Below the pieces are notes generated by a model. That model searched no databases, was not told the DNA's origin, and was given only the letters and a program-made list of their open reading frames with translations. A stretch of DNA of 64,000 nt, from NCBI GenBank assembly GCA_000004985.1, contig GG738862.1. The stretch is one strand, 5' to 3'. This document shows positions 1 to 11,450 of the stretch, piece after piece. A program made the translations under genes and the position numbers. Each line of letters begins with the position of its first letter. The first letter of the stretch is position 1. Source of the DNA: Naegleria gruberi (taxonomy: Eukaryota).

Positions 1-278
1 GCAGATTGATGGGACAATTGGCAAGACAAATGCTCATTAATACTGTTTCTGCAAGAGAAAGAAATCAAATAATAGTAGTGTAAGAATAAAGGTTTCTAAT
101 CTTCATAAATCTATGTGGAGCCACATTTTCACTCTCAAGTGTGGATAGTATGTTCACAGTTTTAGTAGTTTTAGTGGCCTACCAGGTTGGTTAATTGTTG
201 GAATGTAAAGAATACTGCAGTTAGTGTTGAAGCTCCAAAGGTAGATATGACTATTGCACAAATTGTTTAACAATTTAT

Positions 279-920
279 TTAATATTTAGAATAGATTGAA
301 TATTGTTCATCATATTCTTCCATATATTGTTCATACTCATCATCCTCGTCAATAGATGAAACAATTTGTTTGCCTGTTTCTTGATTTCTAACAAATTCCT
401 TCATAATTTTCTTATTCTTCTTATTCTTCTTTTGTGAACAAGATTTTAAAGTTGAGGTTTCTGGAGTTGTTGGTTGTAAAACAGTTGTGAATTCAGCATG
501 TTCTCTAGCAATTCTTTCTTGTTCTTCCTTTTTGAATTTCAAAATCAATTCTCCCAATTGACCATTTGACAACATGTCAATTCTATTATTCTTATCCCAG
601 AATACATATTCATCTCTATACATCAATTGTTGAATTCGGTGTTGTGGAAGTTCTTCAGCCAAATCACTATTTAAGAATTCTTCATATGAAATAAAAGTGT
701 CACCTTCAAATCTGTCTTTGTAAATCATTGACAAGTGAAGATAGGCATCATTTAAATCAGAATCCCACATGATTCTATTAATTGCTTCCTTACAAGTTAG
801 AAAACGTTCCTTTTTCTTTAGCCAAATTGTTTCTTCTTCAGCAATTTGTTCATTCTTAGAAAGGAAATATTTAGTTTGATTGGTGGCAGTATTATTTACA
901 GGGAGGATTTTTACGGTCAT
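279..920 (-). CDS. Conserved hypothetical protein, 213 aa, with a Lys/acidic C-terminal tail. It may carry an MJ1316-like RNA-end recognition fold.
   Basis: Uninterrupted 213-aa ORF. Motifs ...IYKDRFEG... and ...LPQHRIQQL...VFWDKNNR resemble the MJ1316-type domain from memory only. C-terminus is rich in K and D/E. Confidence 0.45.
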   Translation of the reverse strand: MTVKILPVNNTATNQTKYFLSKNEQIAEEETIWLKKKERFLTCKEAINRIMWDSDLNDAYLHLSMIYKDRFEGDTFISYEEFLNSDLAEELPQHRIQQLMYRDEYVFWDKNNRIDMLSNGQLGELILKFKKEEQERIAREHAEFTTVLQPTTPETSTLKSCSQKKNKKNKKIMKEFVRNQETGKQIVSSIDEDDEYEQYMEEYDEQYSIYSKY

Positions 921-1370
921 GATTTTTTACACAGTTAGGTTGATGATCAATGGATCTTTTTTTTGTTTTGGATTTTCTTGAATTTCAGCTTGCAATTTTC
1001 TATTTAAAAGTGTGAAAAAATGTTTCACACCAGAAGTTGAAGAATAAAAATAGACTTCAAGTTCATATTGAACTTTTTTTTGTACAAACTTGAAGTTGAA
1101 TTTATTGAAATACCAGTGTTCTCAATTCCTGTAAGTGAGGGAAAGATTTTGTGTTTTGAAACCTTAGCTTGAATCTCTCTTCAAAGTTGAGGGATATTGA
1201 ATGAGATATGAGAGGTGATGAGGAGGCAAATATGTGAATTATACAAATCCTTAAAAAACATCTCAATCTCCATTAATTTCACAAAGTGCGAGTAACTTTT
1301 GAAAGCATAAAAATCGGACATCTGGAGAATCAGGTTTAAAACGTTAAACGATTATGGATATTATTTAAAA

Positions 1371-1443
1371 TATTACATAGAGGATTCGAACCTCTGACCT
1401 TGGAATTAAGAGTTCCACGCTCTCCCAGCTGAGCTAATATAAC
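1371..1443 (-). tRNA. tRNA-Lys (anticodon CTT)
   Basis: Reverse complement folds as a 73-nt cloverleaf: acceptor GTTATAT/ATGTAAT, D-arm GCTCAGCTGGGAGAGC, anticodon stem TGGAA/TTCCA with loop CTCTTAA (U33, CTT, A37), T-arm AGAGG-TTCGAAT-CCTCT, discriminator A. Confidence 0.85.
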
Positions 1444-1562
1444 ACAGATTCGAATAAAAAAATAATACTCGTATCATCAAAGGTGTTTTGAGGCAAACTA
1501 ACAAGTTCATTGATTGTTAATAATTGTAATCAATGTTTACTGGTATTTAATATTATTTAAAA

Positions 1563-1633
1563 TATTATATAGAGGATTCGAACCTCTGACCTCGGAATAT
1601 GGTTCCACGCTCTCCCAGCTGAGCTAATATAAC
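1563..1633 (-). tRNA. tRNA-Lys-like tandem copy with a damaged anticodon loop. Probably a pseudogene.
   Basis: About 190 bp downstream of the first tRNA-Lys. It shares the acceptor, D-arm, T-arm and about 25 bp of 5' flank, but is 2 nt shorter in the anticodon arm (GTGGAACCATATTCCG). Only a 4-bp stem with loop ACCATAT (C33, CAT) can be drawn, so it is non-canonical. Confidence 0.5.
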
Positions 1634-1767
1634 CCAGTTTCAGATAAAAACAAATAATAGAAACCCCTTGCCAAGTGCTACTAATCAGAGCTTCAATCCT
1701 CTATTGAACGTTTTCTTACTCAAAAAATAGATTATGTTAAGATCAGTTTATTATTAATAATCACAAT

Positions 1768-4221
1768 TTACTGTGAAGGTTTTTCCTTTTTGATCATGTA
1801 AAAATTCAATTCATAATTCTTTGAGTTTTCTGTGAATAAAAATCCAATAGGAATACTAGTGAAAGTACTCTTCTTCTTATTATCCAGCTTTCCTATTACA
1901 GTTTGAGTCTTGTTCTTTTGATTTTGAGTACAAGATAATCTAATTGTAACTGTTTCATTTTCCAACAATTCCAAATTTCCCAAATAAATGCAAATATTCA
2001 ATTGTGTGCTCATGGATTGGATTTGATCCCTTGTCAATGTAATAGTTCTTGTATAAATATCAGCATGTGTTGAAATTTTACGATTCCAATAGAAAAAGTC
2101 TGTCACTGCATTGAATCCTTCAATAATAACTCCAAAGTGTTGGTCAACAACTGTGAATTGTGATTCGGAATTTGGACTCAGCTCTTCATTCTTATTGGGG
2201 AAAACATCAGAGGTGGACATTCTCTTCTTATTTGGCGAAATTAACTCAATTTCATTGGTAGTTGCCTTTTCTTTCATTCTATTTTCAATCTTAATGTTAC
2301 CTTTGTGTGAATCAACTTCAACCAACACGACACATGGCTGGAACTTTGATGAAACAATAAAGTCATCAAGTCTATCTGCATCTATTTGTCTCACATTAGA
2401 ATCATCAATAGCAAACCATGATCCAAGCTTCTTGTTATAAACGAGGCAAATATAATGTCTTCCATAGTAACAAATAATGGAAGAAACGTGTCCCATTACT
2501 TCAATATCACTACCATTACAATTCAATCTAAATATTTCGTGTAGTTTGATTTGTTTGATTTTAAAATAACTCATAAATTCCAAAATATCATCCTCTGATA
2601 TGATGTCTCTATTCCAAGAGAATGAGAATGATGTGACAGCTGGGAAAGCTTGGAAAATGTGCTTTTGTGAATCAGATATTTCTTTGCATGATTCACAAGT
2701 TCTGTGAAAACTCTCAATAGTTGATCTCAAAGCTCCCTCAAAGCTTAAACTTGGATTTTCTCTTTTTTTCTGCACAAATTCACATGATGAAATGCACCAA
2801 TTAGTTGTAGTATAATTATGTGGATCAGAGAATTTGTTACACTTGGAGCAAACATAAAAATCCGTAACATAAAAATCAAAGATCGGTATTTGAGAATACT
2901 CCAAAGAGTTGTTGATATCCTCAATAATTGCTTGCTATTCAATTGTCAATATTGATAAAAACGATGAGAAACTTACAAAAACCTCTGAGGCATCATCCAT
3001 ATGCTTGAGTTGGAATTTAGAATCCTTATTGTGAGCAAATGATAAGCTATTTCTAACCAGGTTTGGATCCAATATCGAATTTTCACTGTATTTAAAGTGT
3101 GTAAATAAATTTTGGAGGGAGCAATAAACACACGATTCAAAACTCTTATGTTTGTGATTTTTAGGATCAATTGATAGGAATAATTCTCTAAATATTTCCA
3201 AATTCCACAAACTCTGAATCACAACATTTAAAAAACAATTATATTCACCCATAGGATTTGATAATCCTTTGAGAGCTGCTTTTGATTTCTGATTTGCAGT
3301 TGATGTCACATTCGAAGTAGATAAAGGTTGATTCTCAGCAGGTAGGTTGACATAGGTTGCTCTTTCATTTGGTGTTAGAATATCAATCACCTTATTAGCA
3401 AGTTTTGTTATTGGACTTGGTGAAGGTGGTGAATTCTTCTTATTGGAATTATTGTGATTCATTGTTGAAATACTTGGTGCTCTCCTTTGATCATAATTTG
3501 ATTCCTGTTGTGAGCTGCTCATTAAATTACTATTAATACTCTGATTGAGTGCAGTTGTGGTTGCAGAGAAGGGAATAGTTTGACTATTTGGTGAAGTATT
3601 ATATCTTGGTGAGGCTGAAGGAATTGTACTGTTATTACTGCTGCTACTATTGCTATTATTATATATTAAATTATTTGCTGATGACGATGATTGAAGATGA
3701 TTATTGTACATGTTAGTTTGTTGTTGATTTTGTTGTTGTTGTTGTTGATTGAAGGAATGAAGATAGTTTTGTTGGGTAGGAACGAGCACTTGTTGTTGAA
3801 GATGATTTGGGTTTTGATAGAGAATTGGAACTTGATCAATCACTAAAGGCTGATGATTATTATTATTTGGAGGAAGAATGACAACTTGTTGGGGAGAATT
3901 TGTTGAATTGTTATTGTTAGTGTTCATCATCATGGTTGGAGGTGAAACTCTTTGGATTGGAACAGTTTGTTGGATCGGATGTGGTTGTGGTTGAAGGTTA
4001 GGAGAGGTTTGTTGGCCATGAATCATTTGTTGTTGTTGTTGTTGATTATTCATCACAATCAGGTTATTATTATTACTATTGGGTGTTAGTGTTCTTGTTG
4101 ATTGATTCGGAAGAGGAGGTAATTGAGTTGTTTGTTGTTGTTGAGGTTGTTGAGGATGAGCGTGAGCATAAATCATCCGAACTGGTTGCTGTTGCTGTTG
4201 TGGTTGTTGTTGGGGATCCAT
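1768..4221 (-). CDS. Ubiquitin carboxyl-terminal hydrolase (USP/UBP family) with an N-terminal poly-Q/poly-N low-complexity region. Two exons, intron about 2935..2975 (41 nt).
   Basis: Cys-box GEYNCFLNVVIQSLW in exon 1. C-terminal USP motifs (YICLVYNKKLGSWFAIDDSNV) in exon 2. Splice GAGGTTTTT|GTAAGT...GAATAG|CAAGCAATT joins the two ORFs in frame (phase 0). (CAA/CAG)n tracts encode Q runs. Confidence 0.8.
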
Positions 4222-4536
4222 AGAACTAAATAACTTGATGAAAAATCACTTGGGCAATTCAACTACAAATGTTGTTGATATTATTAATACTTTTTTTTAG
4301 ATAGTTTAAATTGAAACGTGAGCATGTAATGGATTTGAATTGGAAACAAAAAGATTTTAGAATCGTGATTGGGGAAAGGAATTGTATTAGGATGATTTAA
4401 CCTTTATTAATTGGCTTGATTTATGAATTTGTAAAGAACTTTTTTGTTGTATTATTCTATTGATATTATTTGATGATGATGAAATAATAAATTTATCGGG
4501 TGATGATGAAAAGAAAAATTAATTTCATTTAAAAAA

Positions 4537-4821
4537 ATGTCTTCCAGTGTTGGTAAGAGAGGTCTTTCGGAAAGAGAGCTCCAAAGAAAAGAGGAACAAT
4601 TAGCAAAGACTTATGGCTATGAAACAGATCTCACCCACAATGAAGAGTCTGTAGTACAAAAGGAATCTCCAACCACTCCAAAAACTGGTTCTTTTAAGGA
4701 ATTTCTTGCTAGTATTTCCACTTGTGAAAAGGGTAGAAAGAAGAGAAAGCCTAATGTTGCTTGCCATGCTCCAGCTAAAACTTTAGATACTGTTGAACCA
4801 GTCACTCCAATGACCAAATAA
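4537..4821 (+). CDS. Hypothetical small basic protein (94 aa)
   Basis: ATG-initiated ORF in an otherwise gene-free gap. No recognisable domain. K/R-rich with an NLS-like KGRKKRK. Confidence 0.3.
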   Translation: MSSSVGKRGLSERELQRKEEQLAKTYGYETDLTHNEESVVQKESPTTPKTGSFKEFLASISTCEKGRKKRKPNVACHAPAKTLDTVEPVTPMTK

Positions 4822-5455
4822 TTAAACTATGAATCATTAGAGAACAATTTACCATCAGACAACATACAATTAGACTGAACAACAAACACACGAGAAACAT
4901 CAACCAATAGTAATATATTCTAAATCTCTAGGAAATCCAGTTCATTCAATCCATTGAACAAACCACGGATGAAAGCCTGTAAATAAATAATTTATCTCAT
5001 AAGAAATAATCGGAAAGTTTTTCATACTTTCATACAACAACAATAATCATACAATGATGAATTGGATAGAGGAATAACCCACTTCTCCGCTTCTTCTTGA
5101 AAACACCACCATCAAGAAATTGTATTGAAAATATCGGAAGACGGAAGCACTTACTAATACATTATCTGACCAGCAAACATTTCATCCATCACTATTCGTT
5201 GTTCGTTCATCATGATATTATGATGTAAAGAGACAATGGACGACTCGACTTGAAAAAATTACGACAAACACTCATCATTGGCAAGTCTATTGTCGGCTTG
5301 TGTTGATCATCTATTTGTATTATATATTATTATTGGTTGGAGGATTCTTTTAGATATAATACACTCCCGGAGTTCATCATCTAAATTTCAAGGAGGAGGA
5401 ACAAACACAATTAATTTATTCTAGTTTGAATTTTATAGTAGAATTAAATAATATA

Positions 5456-7054
5456 ATGGGGAATTCATCATCAAATCGTGAAATTACACTAGTAGAGGAA
5501 AAGGATGTTATTAGAGTTGATTTTGAATTTCCAACTCCAATAGTTGGCGTTGATATGTCTCCGATTCTTCATGTCAAGTATCCTGGAACTTGTATTATTG
5601 AATGGTTTCGAGAGACAGAGGAATTAGATGCTCCTAAACGAGCTTCAATGTCTATCAATCAGAATGATCATTCTATAGACGATTCCGATAGTATTTCTCT
5701 ATATAATGGGTTATGTTATGTTCCAACAAATGAGGATTTAACCTATAAACTTCGTTTAAAAATCATCTTATTTGACGATGAATATTACTTACAGACAGGT
5801 AAATGTTTTTGTAAGGAAATAATAACAAAACCTGTCATTCAAATGCCATCATCTGTTCCAAGAAGAACATTAATTATGAACCCAGATGAGAACATTCTCG
5901 ATTATAGAGCTAAAACTAGGTTATTACTCACCTATTACAAACCAGATTTTTCATTTTCTGTTGGAAGTTACACCCTATCATATATTAAGCATGTTCTACA
6001 TCCTGTTACAATACCCGAATTGGATTTTATCAAATACTCTGTGTATAGAAGAAGATTAATTTATAGAGAAATAATACAATCGGATGTGGATGTACTAGCT
6101 TTACAAAATATTTCTTCAGCGGAATATCATGAATGGAATTTGGATTTATCAAAGATTGGTTACTCTAATATCAATCATATTACAGAAATTGAAACAGGAA
6201 ATTGCACCTTTTATAAGCGATCGAAGTTTAGTAGATTCAACGACACTAAAGTAACAGAATTGGAATATGACGATTCTGTATTCAAGACACTTGTCAGTAC
6301 CCTTATGGAGATTGGAAACTTCACTGAGGATCAAATCAATTTGCAACAATTGAAAAGCATTGCTTCCCTCCATTCGGAAAGGATGAAGAGTGGTCTGCCA
6401 TCCATTTGTAGTCTAGTCGAATTTGAGATGAAAGATAATGCAGAAATACTCAAAGTATTCAATCACGAGCTCAATGAAGACAAAAAAAACACCAAACTTA
6501 GGCCAAATATTCTCTTTGACCAAGTCAGCGTTTTATCCATCAATTTTTCTTTGCATTCACTGTATGTTATTGAGCAAGAAAGTCTAGGTGAGGAGGTCAA
6601 TATGAAATTCCTCCTTCTTCAGATAATATCGTTATTCAGGAACATACGTTCATATATTGCATCACGAGTTCAGCAACAACCCAAGTTGCGTCTAGGTATC
6701 ACCTTTTGTGGTAATATTGGTACAAATACCGAAGATACTATCTTACACAAGTATATTGAAAATCAATTTGGTTTCACCGATCCTTACAAGGTTATAACAG
6801 GAGATGAATTTAAATTCTTGTCCAATTTTGATCATACCAAGAAGTATAATAGTAATCATATTTGGTTTTCGAAAGAGCATTTCCAAACCACTTCTATTGT
6901 GTCTGGCACTGTTCAAGTTCCTCAATTATCAATTGTACCTCAAGACGATTCTGAAAATGAGTTGGCATTCCCTAATGAAAATTTTGTGTGTGAGGAACCA
7001 ATGCTAAAATGCGAAATTCAATGGATTGATCCGTATGAAAAACTGGATCAATAA
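5456..7054 (+). CDS. Endonuclease/exonuclease/phosphatase (EEP) family protein, similar to 2',5'-phosphodiesterase 12 and CCR4/nocturnin deadenylases. Predicted N-myristoylation (MGNSSS).
   Basis: LALQNISSAEY...FYKRSKFSRF and ITFCGNIGTNTED resemble EEP motifs of PDE12/CCR4 (recalled alignment). The listed ORF begins at a TTG. The first ATG, at 5456, gives MGNSSSNREI. Confidence 0.55.
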   Translation: MGNSSSNREITLVEEKDVIRVDFEFPTPIVGVDMSPILHVKYPGTCIIEWFRETEELDAPKRASMSINQNDHSIDDSDSISLYNGLCYVPTNEDLTYKLRLKIILFDDEYYLQTGKCFCKEIITKPVIQMPSSVPRRTLIMNPDENILDYRAKTRLLLTYYKPDFSFSVGSYTLSYIKHVLHPVTIPELDFIKYSVYRRRLIYREIIQSDVDVLALQNISSAEYHEWNLDLSKIGYSNINHITEIETGNCTFYKRSKFSRFNDTKVTELEYDDSVFKTLVSTLMEIGNFTEDQINLQQLKSIASLHSERMKSGLPSICSLVEFEMKDNAEILKVFNHELNEDKKNTKLRPNILFDQVSVLSINFSLHSLYVIEQESLGEEVNMKFLLLQIISLFRNIRSYIASRVQQQPKLRLGITFCGNIGTNTEDTILHKYIENQFGFTDPYKVITGDEFKFLSNFDHTKKYNSNHIWFSKEHFQTTSIVSGTVQVPQLSIVPQDDSENELAFPNENFVCEEPMLKCEIQWIDPYEKLDQ

Positions 7055-7161
7055 TGTAATTTGTTATAAATTATTGAAATTATTTAATAATTATAATTGA
7101 GAAACCTAGAGGATTGATTTTATTTACATTAACCTAGTGGAAATATTTAAAATTGATAAAA

Positions 7162-8559
7162 TTACAAATTCTTTCTAATGATTGAGGAGATGAAATGCTC
7201 ACCAAATAAGTGATAATAATCAGTATTTACAATATTTAACTGACTTGATGGCAAGATGCTTGCAATCCAACTTGGAATTGCTTGATAATTCATGAGAGCT
7301 AACTCTTTCACTGATTTTGGAGATTCAAAAAGGCCATTTACCATCATATTCAAATCTGGAGTCATTAGAATTTGAGAAACAAATTTGTATTGGAAATTCG
7401 TTCTCGAATTCAATTCAGCAATAATTTCACTCTTCAATAAATTCATATTTTGCTTATTGGCCCATCTGGTGTCAATTCTCCAACTTGGAAAGAGATTATA
7501 TGCATTTGCATAATTGATTACTGTTGTGGAATGGGAATAATAGAAGAAAACTCTTTGTGGACTACTCAAGATTTGATTAAGAGTAGAATTGGTACTAAAG
7601 TGAGCAGGATTAATCATCAATTCACTTCCTAAAATGGAACGACTCATATTCAAAAATTCCAAATGATCATTCTGAGTTGAAAATCCATACAAATGATTAA
7701 AATCCAAAGTAACAACTTCCTTCTTATTATCATTCAAAAATTGCTTAACTTGTCTCAACACATTAGCAATGGTGACACTTGCCAATCCATGACAAGCAAC
7801 AAATTTCAACTCACTGCTAGAAACTCCACTCATCTTACAAACTCTCAAATCCAAATGTCTAATTCCTTGATTTAACTGTTGATAAATTGTGCATTCTTGA
7901 TTCTTAAACCAAGGAGCAACAAATTGCTTAATTCTCTGCGTGTTCAATCCGTACGATGTGAAAATTTGGATCATTTGAGGAATGAGAGTCATGGATGGAT
8001 CAGATTGTAAGTCAGAACTGTATTCCTGAGAGGACGAAACATTATAGGTGGCAGAGTCGTGAGTTGCTGGAATTTTAAGCTTGGTAATTTGAGTATTTCC
8101 AATTTTGGAAAGTAAATCTTGCATCCATCGATTACTTTTGACAGTTCCAACAAAAGATGAAGTGCTAAACGCAAGATCATAATGTCTTTTGCATAGTAAG
8201 GAACTGTCACTTGGATGGTGATGATGTTCGGCACCAAGGGTTGTCAATTGTCGTTTTAATTGCATGACCTTTTCCATTGTAAATTGTTTAGAAATTGTTT
8301 TAGGGATTTGATGTTGAATAATATCGGATCCGAATGTTTTACTTCTCAACATTGTTCCCACGAATGTATTCTTCAAGTTTCCGATAACTTTAGAGAAACC
8401 AGACGAAAGATTAATAGATTCAACTAGTATAATATGATGTTGGATAACAAGATAGATTATACAAATGAGGATCATCGATCTGAAATGTTGCACAGTAGCT
8501 TTCATTTTGTTTTTTATGTGTTTGTTATTTGAAATCTTGTTCAATAGAGTTTCTCTCAT
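7162..8559 (-). CDS. PI-PLC X-domain-containing protein (PLCXD-like), secreted. The true start is probably the internal Met at about 8508 (MKATVQHF..., signal peptide).
   Basis: Motifs KIPATHDSATY and GIRHLDLRV match the catalytic X-box of bacterial/eukaryotic PI-specific phospholipase C. A hydrophobic N-terminal signal follows the second Met. Confidence 0.7.
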   Translation of the reverse strand: MRETLLNKISNNKHIKNKMKATVQHFRSMILICIIYLVIQHHIILVESINLSSGFSKVIGNLKNTFVGTMLRSKTFGSDIIQHQIPKTISKQFTMEKVMQLKRQLTTLGAEHHHHPSDSSLLCKRHYDLAFSTSSFVGTVKSNRWMQDLLSKIGNTQITKLKIPATHDSATYNVSSSQEYSSDLQSDPSMTLIPQMIQIFTSYGLNTQRIKQFVAPWFKNQECTIYQQLNQGIRHLDLRVCKMSGVSSSELKFVACHGLASVTIANVLRQVKQFLNDNKKEVVTLDFNHLYGFSTQNDHLEFLNMSRSILGSELMINPAHFSTNSTLNQILSSPQRVFFYYSHSTTVINYANAYNLFPSWRIDTRWANKQNMNLLKSEIIAELNSRTNFQYKFVSQILMTPDLNMMVNGLFESPKSVKELALMNYQAIPSWIASILPSSQLNIVNTDYYHLFGEHFISSIIRKNL

Positions 8560-9143
8560 ATTTATTCGAAATCAACATGATAAACATTTCAAATGTCAAT
8601 GATCAGAATTCAAATTGAAATTACCGTAATTAAGGCAGAGCAATCGTTTTTCATAACACTTAAGGATGACAAGAAACATCACTTTCGAATAGAGAAGTAA
8701 AAATTGTGTTAGGAATGTTCAATTACTTGGATTTTTTCTTGAATGATCTGTTGAATGGTGACAGATGGAGTGTTTGCAAAGTATAGTTTTTGATTGTCCG
8801 ATAAGGTAATACAACCTCTGTTTAGATTTTCAAGTTTCTTTCAAAGAGTTTACAATAGATTATTCGAAAGGGACGAATCTGTTTGAAATGATGGAAAATC
8901 ATGTGATTTTGTATTACCATGATTATAATACGATTGTATTGTAGTAATTTTTGGTTATTGTTACCCTAAAATGGTTTTAATTGTTGAAAAATCGTATATT
9001 TTGAATCTATTAGAAAGTTGTAATTGAAAATAAAGATAAAATTTTCAAAGAAATATTTCAATCTTTAGCTGATTAAATATTAATATCTAGAATCTGGATT
9101 GTAACAAATTAATTTTCAGCCAACTAGAAACCGAATCAATAAA

Positions 9144-11235
9144 ATGTCATCTATTCGAAAGTTCAAAAAAATGTTAAAACGTTTCGTCTATCTTTTCCTT
9201 CTGCTAACCATCACCCTCCCCTTCATCACACCTTCTCCCAAACAAAAACTTGATCTTTTACGTGGAGAAATGCAAAAAAATTCAATTTTTGCTTACATTA
9301 TTCCAACGTCGGATTCCCACATGTCCGAATATGTTTCGTCTAGTGATCAGAGAAGAGCTTTTATTAGTGGATTTGATGGGTCGGCTGGAACTGCTCTGGT
9401 AACTATGGATTCGGCCTTGTTGTGGACTGATGGAAGATATTGGAAACAAGCCGAAAATCAATTAGATTCGAATTATTGGAAATTAATGAAAGGTGGAGTG
9501 GATGTTTCGTTAACAAGTTGGTTATCGGAAAATATGAAAGGAAATCAAAGTGTTGGTGTGGATCCTTTTTTATATTCGGTGGGTGAGTTGAAATTTGAAT
9601 TTGAAAATTTATTGTAAAGATGAGTTTAAAAGTTTACAAAAAAGCTCAGTTCCAATCAAGGTTATTTATCAAAATTTGGTTGATTTAATATGGGAGAATA
9701 GACCACCTTCTCCAAATGGAACTATTTTCGAATTGGGAATTGAATTTTCTGGTCAATCAACAAGTGACAAACTTTCGAATATTAGAACAAGTATGAAAAG
9801 TAAGAATGTTAATTGTTATATAGTCACTGCTTTGGACGAAATTGCTTGGATTCTCAATCTTAGAGGTTCTGATATTGAATATAACACTGTATTCTTCAGC
9901 TATTTAATTATTACAATGGAAGAAGTGAGATTTTATGTTGACAAGTCAAAATTCAAAAGTTCTGACATTGAAAAACATTTGGAAAGTAGTGGAATTTCAG
10001 TTAGACTCTACACTTCGTACATTCAAGATCTTTCCCAATTGACACAACAATCAAGTTCAGTATTTATTGATCCAACCTATTGTAATTATGCAACTTATAG
10101 TTCCATAAAAAGTGAAACCATTCAGGAGGGAACTAGTTTCATTCGGTTCGAAAAGGCCATTAAGAATGATGTTGAAAGACAGGGATTTAGAAATTGTCAT
10201 GTGAGGGATGGTCTTGCTGTTGTTCGTTATCTTGCATGGTTGGAGAATGAATTGAAATTAGGACATGTTGTCAATGAATTTGATGGAGCATTGAAATTGG
10301 AATCGTTCAGAGTTGAGGGTTCTCATTTCCTTCGTTCCAGTTTTGAAACAATTAGTGCCTATGGAGAGAATGCTGCCATAATTCACTACTCTCCCACTCG
10401 TGAGAATCATGCAAATATTGGAAATGATAATGTCTATTTATTAGATAGTGGAGGTCAATATCTTGATGGAACAACCGATATTACCAGAACTGTTCATTTT
10501 GGAGAGCCAAGTGAAAAAGTGAAAAGAAGTTTCACACGTGTTTTGCAAGGTCAATTAGCACTAAGCTCTTTAATCTTTCCAAGCGGCTTGGCTGGCGATA
10601 AAATGGAACCTATTGCAAGATTTGCCTTGTGGAAAGAAGGTTTAAATTATAATCATGGTTCTGGACATGGAGTTGGACATTGTTTGGATGTTCATGAAGG
10701 TCCTCATGGAATTGGGGTTCCTGGATTTGGATTTAAGGAACATTATGATGTCACTATAGAGCCAGGTTATTACGAAATTGGAAATTTCGGTATTCGTATT
10801 GAAAATCTCTATCTAGTAAGAAAAAGTCAAACGCCAAATAATTTTGATGGCAAGACATATTTAGAATTTGAACAAATTACATACTGCCCAATTCAGCCAA
10901 CACTTGTAGATCCTGAATTGTTGAGTGATAAGGAGTTACAAGCTGTCAATGGGTATAATCAACAAGTATGGGAGAAATTGAGTCCACTACTTTCGAATGA
11001 TTTATTGGCATTGAATTATTTGAAACGAAACACTCAACCAATTGATCTAAATAATTCAAGCAATTCCATTGTTACCATATTGGCCATTTCGCTAGCAACG
11101 ATTTTGGTAATTTGTGCCTTTTCAATTATTGGAAATGTTTATTTTGCAATTAAAATTAGAAAGGAATCAAAAAGAAATGGAAGTCATCACCATAATGATG
11201 GTGAACTACAAGCATTAAGTGAAGATGGTTATTAA
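9144..11235 (+). CDS. Xaa-Pro aminopeptidase (aminopeptidase P, M24B) with signal peptide and C-terminal TM anchor. Two exons, intron 9583..9619 (37 nt, GTGAGT...AAAG).
   Basis: The two overlapping ORFs join through a phase-1 GT-AG intron. The protein aligns along its length with XPNPEP1 as recalled (…YIIPTSDSHMSEY…, …HGSGHGVGHCLDVHEGP…, …GYYEIGNFGIRIEN…). Extra N-terminal signal and C-terminal hydrophobic segment. Confidence 0.9.
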
Positions 11236-11450
11236 TAAATCTTTTCATTTCACACTTCTTAAAACCTTCTTTCCTTTCTTTGAATTTCTGAAAGCTGTTT
11301 GGCTTTCTCAATCATTCCAATAATCGTTATTACACTGAAATTTGTTTTATCAGAAGATATCAAATTTAGCTGAATTATCAAGCTACTACAGTAGTCATTA
11401 CCATGTTTATTACAAAAGTACTAACTTCAGTAGAGAAGAAAACAATTTAT

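Noticed and set aside
1371-1443. tRNA-Lys genes as an organellar or NUMT fragment, because of the AT-rich acceptor stem GTTATAT
   Set aside because: The anticodon CTT, canonical D- and T-loops, and a nuclear gene context with spliceosomal-intron genes on both sides favour nuclear cytosolic tRNAs in an AT-rich genome.
2111-2440. Antisense or nested ORFs inside confirmed genes. Examples: 2111..2440, 2745..2942, 6149..6373, 12418..12603, 12634..12939, 13128..13349, 29404..29835, 30570..31043, 42775..43276, 43182..43616, 55238..55531, 59639..60073.
   Set aside because: Each lies opposite to, or out of frame within, a longer ORF with clear homology or domain structure. They are low-complexity with no independent signals, so they are treated as spurious.
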